In this document: piece by piece, positions 36,235 to 44,557 of the stretch
How the letters are laid out: each line of letters starts with the position of its first letter
Numbering within the stretch: the first letter of the stretch is position 1
Source of the DNA: Bacillota bacterium
GTDB lineage: Bacteria; Bacillota; Clostridia; Christensenellales; CAG-138
Assembly (NCBI GenBank): GCA_023459335.1
Contig: JAEWUO010000013.1
Location: 47,048 to 111,047 of the forward strand
DNA length: 64,000 bases
Reading direction: 5' to 3'
Position numbers and translations under genes: made by a program
Notes under the pieces: model-generated
The model's input: the letters and a program-made list of their open reading frames with translations, nothing else
The model's database searches: none
Told to the model about the DNA's origin: nothing

Positions 36235-37783
36235 ACATTTTTACATCCGCCTGGTTGAGCGCGTGGTCGAGCGACAGACGATCGGCACAGGTCAACGCCT
36301 GCACGCCGTGGCTGACGCTGACGCTATATTTCCGGCTTTCTTCCGTATTGATTTTTTCAAACTCCGCAACGATGCGCTTCCAGGCGAATTCGGCCTGCGA
36401 TTCGTCGATACCGGTATACACGATCAAAAATTCGTCGCCGCCGAGACGGACAAGAAAATCGTCGCTGCGAATCTTCGCGCGTATGGCGTTTGCGACCGTG
36501 ACGAGCAGTTCGTCGCCCGTCTCGTGGCCGAGCGTGTCGTTAACTTCCTTCAGCCCGTTGACGTCGATGAAGCAGATGCAGAGCTGACAGCTGATCTTGG
36601 ACAGGTTTTTATAAAGATTGGACAATTTTTCGATTCCGAAGCGGCGGTTTAAAGCGCCTGTCATTGTGTCAAACTGGGAGAAGAACTTAACCTCTTTGCT
36701 CTTCGACCGGCTGCTGGCGATATACGCGGCGAGCACCGCAGAGATTGCGATCGCGAGCAGATAGAACAGATAGTACTGCCGGATCGACTTTCCCGCAAGG
36801 TCAAGAAGGCTTCCGGAAGGATAAATATCGGCACCGGAAACGGCGGGGATCAAGGAAACGATGTACAGACTGCCGATATCGCTCGAAAGAATGTCGGAAG
36901 CTCCCTCTGACGCGAGTACTTGATTGACGGATATCGCGGCATAGCTGAAATAGCCGTTGCCGGTCGTCATTCTGCCGGTGCCGCCGGCAGAGATCATGCC
37001 CCATTCTTTCGGGTAGTAATTTGAGAATTTCACGGTCGAATCGGGATTATATGAAAACGCCCATTCGGTATAAGCGTCATGCGAATTATAGAGCCAGTAT
37101 CCTTCGCTGTTGAGAAGATATACGTTGCCAAAGCTGCTTGCCGCGACCGAAGCGATCTGCGAGAGGATATCCGATGCGGCATAGTTTAATATTACGATGC
37201 CTTTTTTTACGCCGTCGCTGCCGAAAAACGGCATGGCGAAACGGATCACCGGTTTGATCGGCAGTTCGATCGCGCCGTTTTCCACATTCAGGTCAAGCGG
37301 GGAGATATAGATCTGGTTTTCATTCATCGCGATGGCTTGCTGAAAATAGTAGCGGTCGCTTTTATTCTGCAAATCCTCCGGCGCGATGACGACGGGACCG
37401 CCCGGCTCAGAATCAATCCGTACGACTTCATTGCCGGACAGGTCGATGAAGCGGATTTGATCGTAAACGCCGCGATTTTCAGAATAGGAGAGCCATAACG
37501 CTGCGACTTTGCTGAAGTCGCCGTTTGCGGGATAGTTCAGCGAGAGGGAATCGCAGATAAACCGGAGATCGGAAATCAGGCGATTGAATTTGTAGGTGAT
37601 AAAATATTCTTCGGATGCGATCATGCTCCGCTCGGAGATATCGACTTCCGCTCGTTTGATTTTATTCTCATCGGATAGAATCAGCATGCTGATTGCAAGC
37701 AACACAAAAGATAGTGCGACAAATATCGATAAAAGAGAAAGAAAGAACGTTTTTTTACTCTTGAGTTTCCAGTTCTGAAACAT
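36182..37783 (-). CDS. Membrane-bound Cache-type sensor diguanylate cyclase (GGDEF)
   Basis: 533 aa. Two TM segments bracket a ~270-aa extracytoplasmic Cache-like domain. The C-terminal GGDEF domain has RLGGDEF and an RxxD I-site (RSDD). Confidence 0.9.
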   Translation of the reverse strand: MFQNWKLKSKKTFFLSLLSIFVALSFVLLAISMLILSDENKIKRAEVDISERSMIASEEYFITYKFNRLISDLRFICDSLSLNYPANGDFSKVAALWLSYSENRGVYDQIRFIDLSGNEVVRIDSEPGGPVVIAPEDLQNKSDRYYFQQAIAMNENQIYISPLDLNVENGAIELPIKPVIRFAMPFFGSDGVKKGIVILNYAASDILSQIASVAASSFGNVYLLNSEGYWLYNSHDAYTEWAFSYNPDSTVKFSNYYPKEWGMISAGGTGRMTTGNGYFSYAAISVNQVLASEGASDILSSDIGSLYIVSLIPAVSGADIYPSGSLLDLAGKSIRQYYLFYLLAIAISAVLAAYIASSRSKSKEVKFFSQFDTMTGALNRRFGIEKLSNLYKNLSKISCQLCICFIDVNGLKEVNDTLGHETGDELLVTVANAIRAKIRSDDFLVRLGGDEFLIVYTGIDESQAEFAWKRIVAEFEKINTEESRKYSVSVSHGVQALTCADRLSLDHALNQADVKMYEEKRRIKSETQIIRNA

Positions 37784-37940
37784 TGATTTCCTCCGTCGGA
37801 GTTTACAGTCGATGAAAGACCGTCATTCTATCTGGCGAAGATGCGCGCAAGGATCAGGACGAACAATACGATATCATCAGTCTAGTATCAGCCGCCGGTT
37901 CTGTCAAACGTGAGTTTTATAAACGGGAAAAAATCAAAGG

Positions 37941-38010
37941 TTTCAAATCCAGTTGCGTGCCATGCGGCAAATGATAAAGGCAGCCGATTGAGGCCGCCCT
38001 TTTGATGGTC
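37941..38010. repeat. Repeat copy C (right-hand ~70 nt of the tRNA-Pro-flank repeat family)
   Basis: TTTCAAATCCAGTTGCGTGCCATGCGGCAAATGATAAAGGCAGCCGATTGAGGCCGCCCTTTTGATGGTC aligns with the right ends of copies A and B. Confidence 0.7.
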
Positions 38011-38196
38011 AAAAACCGCCGTTGCGGATAGAACGAAACGGTTACCGGAGGGGAAGCTGGAATTTGAAATATCCCCATAAAATCAGATACAAGAACACTT
38101 GACAACACAATAATCGGGCGGGCGCAAGTACCTGGAACGGACAGGGGGAATCCATGATACGGCGATAGTTGCCTTTGCTATTGCTCAAATGCCCGT

Positions 38197-39720
38197 TTAG
38201 GATTGTTTCTGTAAATATTGATAAAAGTCCGAATCTTTGTAATTACTAGCAAGAAAATTCTGATTACCCTTAACCGGTTTATCAGACAGTGTTTTCATAT
38301 CATCCGCAACCAGGTTTAATTGATTGTGTACTAACACCGCGTTGACTGCACGGCAATACTCTACGATTGGCGTTGCGGTACCGATAATAAAAATGATTGC
38401 GATTGCAAGTCCAATCGCTCGAATACAAACGTAGCGCTTGCCCTCGAAAACCTTCAAACGGATGCTGCTGTTTAGCGTACGAATCGTCAGCATCATGAGT
38501 ACCAGAAGCGCCGGAATTGACGCGCGCATGGCAAAGTCGGTCGTCGAGCCTATGCTGAACGCGCCTAAGAAGCAAAGCGAAACGATTGAAATCCAATACA
38601 ATATGTTATTTCGATGTTCCTTATATAGAACAATACCTAGAATGCCGAATTCGATCATACAAAAGAGTACATATCTGAGAATGGCGATTCCCCAACCGAT
38701 GGAATCGGCATACAGATTAAATTGAAACGGATTGCCATCCACCGTCCGATTTGTTTTGTAGTACAGATAAAAAATTGGCAATAACACTACGGCGGCAACG
38801 ATATTTTGTACTGAGAATACTTCCTTCAGAAAACAGGAAACCTGTTTTGAGCGAATGAAGGGGATCAGTTTGTGCACTCCCATGCCGAAAAGAAGTAAAA
38901 GCAATCCTACTGCCGGGATAGACGAACTGATAAGAATAATCAGACACAGGAAAACATAATTCCGGACGCTTTTTTCGTTTACAAAAAGAGCTGTGGCGAG
39001 CCATACTGGCGTGGATTGATTGTACACCCAGAATAGTTGCGTAGTGTTTGAACTGTACTGATATGTCCCCGACCACCATTCCAGATGATTCGGTATTGCC
39101 TTAACGTCGAAACGAAGGGAACTAAGAACGCCTATGATGTCCATTCCGCTAAAGAATACGAGCAATATCATAGCCAGAACGATTTTTTTGAACGAATCCG
39201 CTTTTGTGTAGATAAATATCAACAGAGATACGAAAAAAAGGTAGAGAAATGACCAGAGAAACAAAGCGGCATTTGCGACAATCCATGCCGTCTCAAAGTT
39301 AAAAAACAGATTGGCCGCTTTCCCAATGGACGCGGGAATCAGCCAAAAACCTATGTAATAAACCAATGAACACCCGGTCTGTTCATATACGACCGGCCAA
39401 CGAAAAGCAACCAAATCCCTGAATATCGCATTACGGTATTGATGGTCGCTTGACTGATAAAAGAAGCCGCCTTGTCCCGCGAAGTAACACCATAGCAGAA
39501 GTATGACGGATATAAATATAATGGCGTTTATCTTGATCTCATAAACGGCAGATTGGGTTTTCCGCGCATTTAGGAGAATGAGTACCCATGAAGCCAGAAG
39601 TAACGCCGCCGCCGGAACGGCAATCAGCGGCCTTATCCAGCCGATGATAAAAAAGGATGTTGGAAGCAGCAGTAAGAAGTACGCTGCCGCTTGTATATGC
39701 CAGACTTTTATTTTCACCAT
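38197..39720 (-). CDS. AT-rich polytopic membrane protein (>=12 TM); possible GT-C-type glycosyltransferase or polysaccharide polymerase
   Basis: 507 aa, almost entirely hydrophobic helices with short loops (SDHQYRNAIFRDL, WWSGTYQYSSNTTQLFWVYNQSTPVW). The function call is a by-eye guess from architecture only. Confidence 0.6.
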   Translation of the reverse strand: MVKIKVWHIQAAAYFLLLLPTSFFIIGWIRPLIAVPAAALLLASWVLILLNARKTQSAVYEIKINAIIFISVILLLWCYFAGQGGFFYQSSDHQYRNAIFRDLVAFRWPVVYEQTGCSLVYYIGFWLIPASIGKAANLFFNFETAWIVANAALFLWSFLYLFFVSLLIFIYTKADSFKKIVLAMILLVFFSGMDIIGVLSSLRFDVKAIPNHLEWWSGTYQYSSNTTQLFWVYNQSTPVWLATALFVNEKSVRNYVFLCLIILISSSIPAVGLLLLLFGMGVHKLIPFIRSKQVSCFLKEVFSVQNIVAAVVLLPIFYLYYKTNRTVDGNPFQFNLYADSIGWGIAILRYVLFCMIEFGILGIVLYKEHRNNILYWISIVSLCFLGAFSIGSTTDFAMRASIPALLVLMMLTIRTLNSSIRLKVFEGKRYVCIRAIGLAIAIIFIIGTATPIVEYCRAVNAVLVHNQLNLVADDMKTLSDKPVKGNQNFLASNYKDSDFYQYLQKQS

Positions 39721-39914
39721 CTTTTATATATACCGTCTATGCTTCATTGAAAACTGATCCTTACATAATGATCTTCCAATATGGATTTTCCGGACCGGCA
39801 ACGTTCCTGTATTCTTTATCTCTTAAAATCGAGCCGCAGAATTGTATAAACTATCTGAAATTATATACACTCGTATCACTTCTAGTCAAGGGAGCGCATT
39901 ATAACAAAAGACGC

Positions 39915-40080
39915 TTTGGCTGCGGCCTGCTTGCGCTTCGCGCGGCGCAAGCCCCCGCTCCTGAAAGACTCGCACAGCAAGCCTTTTCCCGCCTGACGGC
40001 GGGCGGAGCTTCAAATCCAGTTATATGCCATGCAGCCAATCAAAAAAGGCAGCCGGTTATGGCTGCTTTCCTGATTGGTC
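39915..40080. repeat. Repeat copy A (166 nt) of the tRNA-Pro-flank repeat family
   Basis: Aligns end to end with 41661..41825, with roughly a dozen mismatches or indels by eye. It contains a GCTTGCGC-(8)-GCGCAAGC hairpin, TTCAAATCCAGT, and a GCAGCC-(6)-GGCTGC hairpin. Confidence 0.85.
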
Positions 40081-40425
40081 TAAAACCACAAAAGCAGATA
40101 CAATGAAACGATCGCGGGAGGGGGTTCAAGCTTGAATGCCTAGACTCATATCGACTGATGACCGCCAGTTTTTGAGCAGATCTTTAGGTTGCCTGAAATG
40201 CTAGTCTTATTCTCCCATTAGGAATAAATACAGATACGCGTGATGTATGCCGAATAACGATATCACTTGATATTAACGATTTACTGATTTGCTGCAAAAG
40301 AACCTACTGTACTTATATTAATTAAGGTAAGTGATTGAACACTTTATTCGGTACAATTGGTTACCATTTTGATTTCTTGTGCTTTTTCTGCCCCTTGATA
40401 TACTTCGGCCGCCGCTCGGACAATA

Positions 40426-41301
40426 TTATTGTGCATTCTTACAGATGCGCTCAATTGACACCTCAAAATTGTTACTGTAATCATTCGCCACAAATATCAA
40501 CTTTGCGCCATCAGGGGCAACACCTTCAAAACGTACGTTTTGTTCAACTGTGTTAAAATCATCCACACCTAAAAGCTGTTTTGCGTAATATACCGCAAGT
40601 TGATTTGCTTGCGCACCGCTTAAAGTCCAATCAAGTGAGATAAAAATCGAACCATCCTTGTTATAGTTGATAACATGCAAGGGATCCGGGATTCCAAATT
40701 CATCCAATGTGTCTTGCTTGAGCATAAACTCGTCATAGGATGAAAAGTATTCCATGTCAAGCTGGTATATTTTTGACGCAGTCTCAATATTGGAAAGCTC
40801 AAATCCAATATTAAGCGTGTCATCATCTTCCGCTTCTATGAAACTTAAATAATCACCATCGCCGGTGAATCCTTCGGACATTTTGGAAATCTGCGAACCG
40901 TAACCTTCTTGTAAAACGCGATTAATATTATCAATTACTTCATCTGTTAATGTGCAGTCGTATTGTAAAAAGATAAAATATTCTTCAGATGAAATACTGA
41001 TAGTACCATCCAAAAACCGATCATCCATGCCATCCATCACGTTCGCTTTACCCAACAAATCACGAACGGTTTCATAGGAAAGATCGCGCTTTGGTTCAGG
41101 CGAACATGTTGAAGCAGGCTCCGGCGTTTCAACCGCAGCTGGTGAAATCTCTGGGGAGACGTTCAGATTCTCGACGGTTTTGTTGAGCTGTGCAACTTGA
41201 CTTTCCAGCACGTCAAGACGCGCTAGTATTTCCTGATTACCGCACCCATTTAGTAACAGTACTATAAAGAAACAGAAACAAGGAAGCGCAATCCTTTTCA
41301 T
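40426..41301 (-). CDS. AT-rich lipoprotein, unknown function
   Basis: MKRIALPCFCFFIVLLLNGC has a lipobox (LLNGC). This is followed by a short coiled segment and a ~230-aa globular part. RBS GGAGGAAAAAA precedes the start. Confidence 0.7.
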   Translation of the reverse strand: MKRIALPCFCFFIVLLLNGCGNQEILARLDVLESQVAQLNKTVENLNVSPEISPAAVETPEPASTCSPEPKRDLSYETVRDLLGKANVMDGMDDRFLDGTISISSEEYFIFLQYDCTLTDEVIDNINRVLQEGYGSQISKMSEGFTGDGDYLSFIEAEDDDTLNIGFELSNIETASKIYQLDMEYFSSYDEFMLKQDTLDEFGIPDPLHVINYNKDGSIFISLDWTLSGAQANQLAVYYAKQLLGVDDFNTVEQNVRFEGVAPDGAKLIFVANDYSNNFEVSIERICKNAQ

Positions 41302-41568
41302 TTTTTTCCTCCGGTGGTTTTCTTCTCATAAAAGAGAGCGAAGCATAAGCAGATGCTAATTTCGATAGATTAACTATATTTTAGCCGAGCTCATATTTTT
41401 CGTCAACGCACTGAGCGCATAAACCGCTATCAAAAGACACAGGCATTCATTCGCGGCGGATCTGTTGTATATAAATGATCTGGTAATAAAAATTGTCGAT
41501 AATGGGAGTGTGTTAAAATTTCGGATAGCATGGTAAGAGAGTAAAATTGAGATCAGGAGGAAAGAACC

Positions 41569-41652
41569 ATGCTGAAACAACGAACGCAATACGATGACGA
41601 ATTCAGAAAAACAATGTATGGAGCACTTATAGCAATCATCCTTGCGGTATGA
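41569..41652 (+). pseudogene. Relic of an IS3-family transposase OrfA N-terminus (27 codons)
   Basis: RBS AGGAGG at 41555-41560, then ATG 41569. MLKQRTQYDDEFRKT resembles the conserved IS3/IS911 OrfA start (..KR..Y..EFK..). The frame then degenerates and stops 8 nt before repeat copy B. Confidence 0.4.
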
Positions 41653-41660
41653 TTTTCCGA

Positions 41661-41825
41661 TTTGGCTGCGGTCTGCTTGCGCTTCACGCGGCGCAAGCCC
41701 CCACTCCTGAAAGACTCGCACAGCGAGCTTTTTCCACCTGACGGCGGGCGGAGTTTCAAATCCAGTTATATGCCATGCGGCCAATCAAAAAAGGCAGCCG
41801 ATTATGGCTGCTTTCTTGATTGGTC
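41661..41825. repeat. Repeat copy B (165 nt), abutting the 3' end of tRNA-Pro
   Basis: See copy A. Its last 5 nt (TGGTC) are the complement of the tRNA-Pro 3' GACCA. Its hairpin GCAGCC-ATAATC-GGCTGC followed by CTTTTTTG on the minus strand serves as the tRNA operon terminator. Confidence 0.85.
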
Positions 41826-41897
41826 GGGGTGACTGGATTTGAACCAGCGACCTTTTGGTCCCGAACCAAACGCGCTACCAAACTGCGCTACACCCCG
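41821..41897 (-). tRNA. tRNA-Pro (anticodon CGG), CCA encoded
   Basis: Reverse complement folds as CGGGGTG-TA-GCGC-AGTTTGGTA-GCGC-G-TTTGG-TTCGGGA-CCAAA-AGGTC-GCTGG-TTCAAAT-CCAGT-CACCCCG-A-CCA. This is a full cloverleaf of 77 nt. Confidence 0.95.
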
Positions 41898-41904
41898 AAA
41901 AAAA

Positions 41905-41980
41905 TGGAGCCAATGTGGGGACTCGGACCCCAGACCTGCTGATTACGAATCAGCTGCTCTACCAACTGAGCTACATTGGC
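41905..41980 (-). tRNA. tRNA-Thr (anticodon CGT), CCA encoded; T-loop reads TCCGAGT
   Basis: Reverse complement folds as GCCAATG-TA-GCTC-AGTTGGTA-GAGC-A-GCTGA-TTCGTAA-TCAGC-AGGTC-TGGGG-TCCGAGT-CCCCA-CATTGGC-T-CCA. This is a good cloverleaf, but position 55 is C instead of the usual T. Confidence 0.85.
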
Positions 41981-41995
41981 AACTCGTGCTTTTCA

Positions 41996-42024
41996 ATTAT
42001 ATGCGTCGAGGCAGGGAGTGTCAA
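41996..42024 (-). promoter_or_regulatory. Consensus sigma-70/SigA promoter of the tRNA-Thr/Pro operon
   Basis: On the minus strand, TTGACA-(17 nt)-TATAAT. The -10 ends 15 nt upstream of the tRNA-Thr 5' end. Confidence 0.85.
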
Positions 42025-42185
42025 GCCATTTTGCCGCAAATCCGATCAGGATTTTACCGCTTTTCCGTACCCGAAAATCAACACCGCCTTACGGCGATAA
42101 AAAACCGGAACGACTGCCGTTCCGGTTATGAAAAAAGACGAAATGCGCACCGCCGCGCAGACACGGTCGATGCGATGAAGGCATT

Positions 42186-42671
42186 TCAATCCCATATCGC
42201 TAGATAATCTCTCCATTCAATGGCGCAGTGAAATGTGCCGATCACGCCGAACACGGCGGCGACGACGCTCAGGTATCCGATGAAAACGCCGCCTGTCAGA
42301 ACCATGAATGCAATATTGCCGCCGCAATACAAGAGAAAAATAATCGCCGCAGCACGGCTTTTTACAATATGGATGAACATGGTAAATATCAGACAAAAGA
42401 ACGCGTCGATCATCATGTAGTAACTGTATGGGAAAATCTTCAGGAACATGATGATCATCGTAGAAGCCGCGCTGAGATAACCAAACACGGCGGCTGTTCT
42501 GCACATGCGCATCCCTTTGGAGTAAAGGAGCAGAAAATTACGCTTGGTCAGCCCGTACGGCGCTTCGAAGGGCGATCTGTCGCCGAGCGCTCTTCTTCTT
42601 TGCCGACATTCGTGGCAGAGAACGGCGTTTGAATTCGGCATCCGCCTGCCGCAGTCGGAGCAGTAATTCAT
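42186..42671 (-). CDS. Zinc-ribbon + 4-TM membrane protein, unknown function
   Basis: MNYCSDCGRRMPNSNAVLCHECRQRR has a CxxC...CxxC ribbon, followed by hydrophobic helices. RBS GGAGGA lies 4 nt before ATG 42671. Track ORF start 42704 lacks an RBS. Confidence 0.6.
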   Translation of the reverse strand: MNYCSDCGRRMPNSNAVLCHECRQRRRALGDRSPFEAPYGLTKRNFLLLYSKGMRMCRTAAVFGYLSAASTMIIMFLKIFPYSYYMMIDAFFCLIFTMFIHIVKSRAAAIIFLLYCGGNIAFMVLTGGVFIGYLSVVAAVFGVIGTFHCAIEWRDYLAIWD

Positions 42672-42819
42672 GGGATCCTCCATAACAGGCTTTTTCTTAA
42701 TCATACACGTCCGATTGTATCAATACAAGCGGGAATGATTTAAACCGAAACAAGGCTCTTACCGAAATCCGAGAAAAAGAGCCCGGCACGTATGCGCCGG
42801 ACTCTTTGTACGGACTCGC

Positions 42820-44529
42820 TTAGATCGCCTGTTTTTCCAGTTCCTCTTTTTCTAGAACGGTGTACGCCACCTTGCCGACGAGCGTCTTTGGCAGTTCGCT
42901 GCGGAACTCGATCTCGTACGGCACGGCATATTTCGCGACTGTCCTGCGGCAGTGATCCAGGATATCCTCCTTGAGCGCCGGCGTCGGCAGCACGTTCGGC
43001 CTGAGCACGACAAACGCCTTGATTTTTTGCATGCGGTAGGAGTCCGGGACGCCGATGACGCAGCTCATGAGCACCTTGTCGTGCGCGTCGATTGCGTTCT
43101 CCACCTGCGAAGGGTATACGTTATACCCGCTCGTGATGATGAGCCTCTTGATGCGCTGGCGGAAGAAGATAAACCCGTCCGCGTCCATATAACCAAGGTC
43201 GCCCGTGTGCAGCCAGACGTGCCCGTCCGCGTGCTTTTTCAGCACGTTTGCGGTCTCCTCGGGCTGGTTGACATATTCCAGCATGACGGAAGGCCCGCAG
43301 AGGCAGATCTCGCCGTCTTCTTCATAAGGCGCTTCCTCCGTTGTGCCCGTTCTGACGATCTTATAGTAGGTATCGGGAAACGGCAGTCCGATGCTGCCTT
43401 CGCGGTACATATGATACGGAGTCAAGCAGCTCGCCGTGACGCATTCGGTGGTGCCGTAACCTTCGCGCACCTGCACGGTTGCCCCGTGTTCGGCGAGGAA
43501 CGTGTCGAACTTCTTTTTCAGTTCGATGGAGAGCGTGTCTCCGCCGGAGAAAACGCCCATCAGCTGGCTCATGTCCACGCCGTCCATATAAGGGTTGCGC
43601 GTGATGCCTTCGTAGAGCGTCGGAACGCCCGCGATATAGTTCGGTTTCTCCTTCTTTAGGAGTTTTGCGTAGCTCTCGACAGATACGCGCGGAACGAGGA
43701 TCGCGGTCACGCCGGCGACGAGCATCGTATGGATGCATACGCCGAGGCCGAATCCGTGGAACATCGGCATGGCGGCAAGCATGCGCGCGCCGGGCACGAC
43801 GCAGTGTCCCATGGCGCAGGTTTGCAGCGCGAGCGCGTTGAAGTTAAGGTTGCTTAACAGGATGCCTTTCGTGGTTCCCGTCGTACCGCCGGAGAATAAG
43901 ATGACGGCGGGGTCCGCGCCTTTGCGCGCGACAAAGCACGAATCGTCCCGCCGTTTCGCGCCTTTGAGAAACGCGTCCCAGTAGAGCACGTCCGCCTCTT
44001 TCGGAATCTTCGGCACCTTTCGCCCTTCGGTCAGCGCGAAGCCTGCCTTCATGACGGGGGAGAGCGCGTCCTTCACGCTCGTGAGCACCAGCGTTTCAAA
44101 GTCGACCTGCCTGCGCACTTCCTCGAACTTTCCGTAAAACGCGTCGAGTGAAACGACCGCTTTCGAGCCGGAGTCCTTGATGTAAAAGGCGATTTCACCG
44201 ACGCTCGAGAGCGGGTGGATCAGGGACGCGATCGCGCCGATGCGGTTGAGCGCGTAGAAGCAGAGCACGATCTGCGGGCAATTCGGCATGCAGAGGGTCA
44301 CTTTATCGCCCGCCCGGATTCCGATTGCGGCAAACGCGCGCGCGGTCTGTGCAATCTGCTGGACGAGATCGCGGTATTTTGTGCCCTTACCCATAAAGGT
44401 GACGGCTTTGAACGAGGGGTAGAGGTTCGCCGCGCGCTCCACCATATCGTACATGGAGACGTCGGGGTAGGAGAGGCGGGCGTCCACCTCTCCATAAAAC
44501 GAAAGCCACGGGGCGTTTACGTTTGACAT
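42820..44529 (-). CDS. AMP-dependent synthetase/ligase (long-chain acyl-CoA synthetase-like)
   Basis: I start at MSNVNAPWLSFYGEV (ATG 44529). AMP-binding motif FSGGTTGTTKG, plus GYGTTE and a C-terminal K in PKTLVGK. The upstream 89 codons of track ORF 42820..44796 overlap the preceding gene and look non-coding. Confidence 0.9.
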   Translation of the reverse strand: MSNVNAPWLSFYGEVDARLSYPDVSMYDMVERAANLYPSFKAVTFMGKGTKYRDLVQQIAQTARAFAAIGIRAGDKVTLCMPNCPQIVLCFYALNRIGAIASLIHPLSSVGEIAFYIKDSGSKAVVSLDAFYGKFEEVRRQVDFETLVLTSVKDALSPVMKAGFALTEGRKVPKIPKEADVLYWDAFLKGAKRRDDSCFVARKGADPAVILFSGGTTGTTKGILLSNLNFNALALQTCAMGHCVVPGARMLAAMPMFHGFGLGVCIHTMLVAGVTAILVPRVSVESYAKLLKKEKPNYIAGVPTLYEGITRNPYMDGVDMSQLMGVFSGGDTLSIELKKKFDTFLAEHGATVQVREGYGTTECVTASCLTPYHMYREGSIGLPFPDTYYKIVRTGTTEEAPYEEDGEICLCGPSVMLEYVNQPEETANVLKKHADGHVWLHTGDLGYMDADGFIFFRQRIKRLIITSGYNVYPSQVENAIDAHDKVLMSCVIGVPDSYRMQKIKAFVVLRPNVLPTPALKEDILDHCRRTVAKYAVPYEIEFRSELPKTLVGKVAYTVLEKEELEKQAI

Positions 44530-44557
44530 ATCCTCGCAATAAGGGGAACGGTGTTCT

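Noticed and set aside
39657-41784. ORFs 39657..40106(+, 149 aa) and 41374..41784(-, 136 aa), and the idea that the 166-nt repeat is the 3' end of a duplicated protein gene.
   Set aside because: Both ORFs run across the repeat in different frames or strands and have no RBS. Their translations are low-information, and the differences between repeat copies include indels that would break a shared frame.
37941-41825. The TTCAAATCCAGT strings in the three repeat copies considered as intact, unannotated tRNA genes on the + strand.
   Set aside because: No 5' T-stem partner, acceptor stem, D-arm or anticodon arm can be folded around them. Copy C ends in ...GTGCCA, but the preceding bases do not pair. 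At most they are tRNA 3'-fragment relics.
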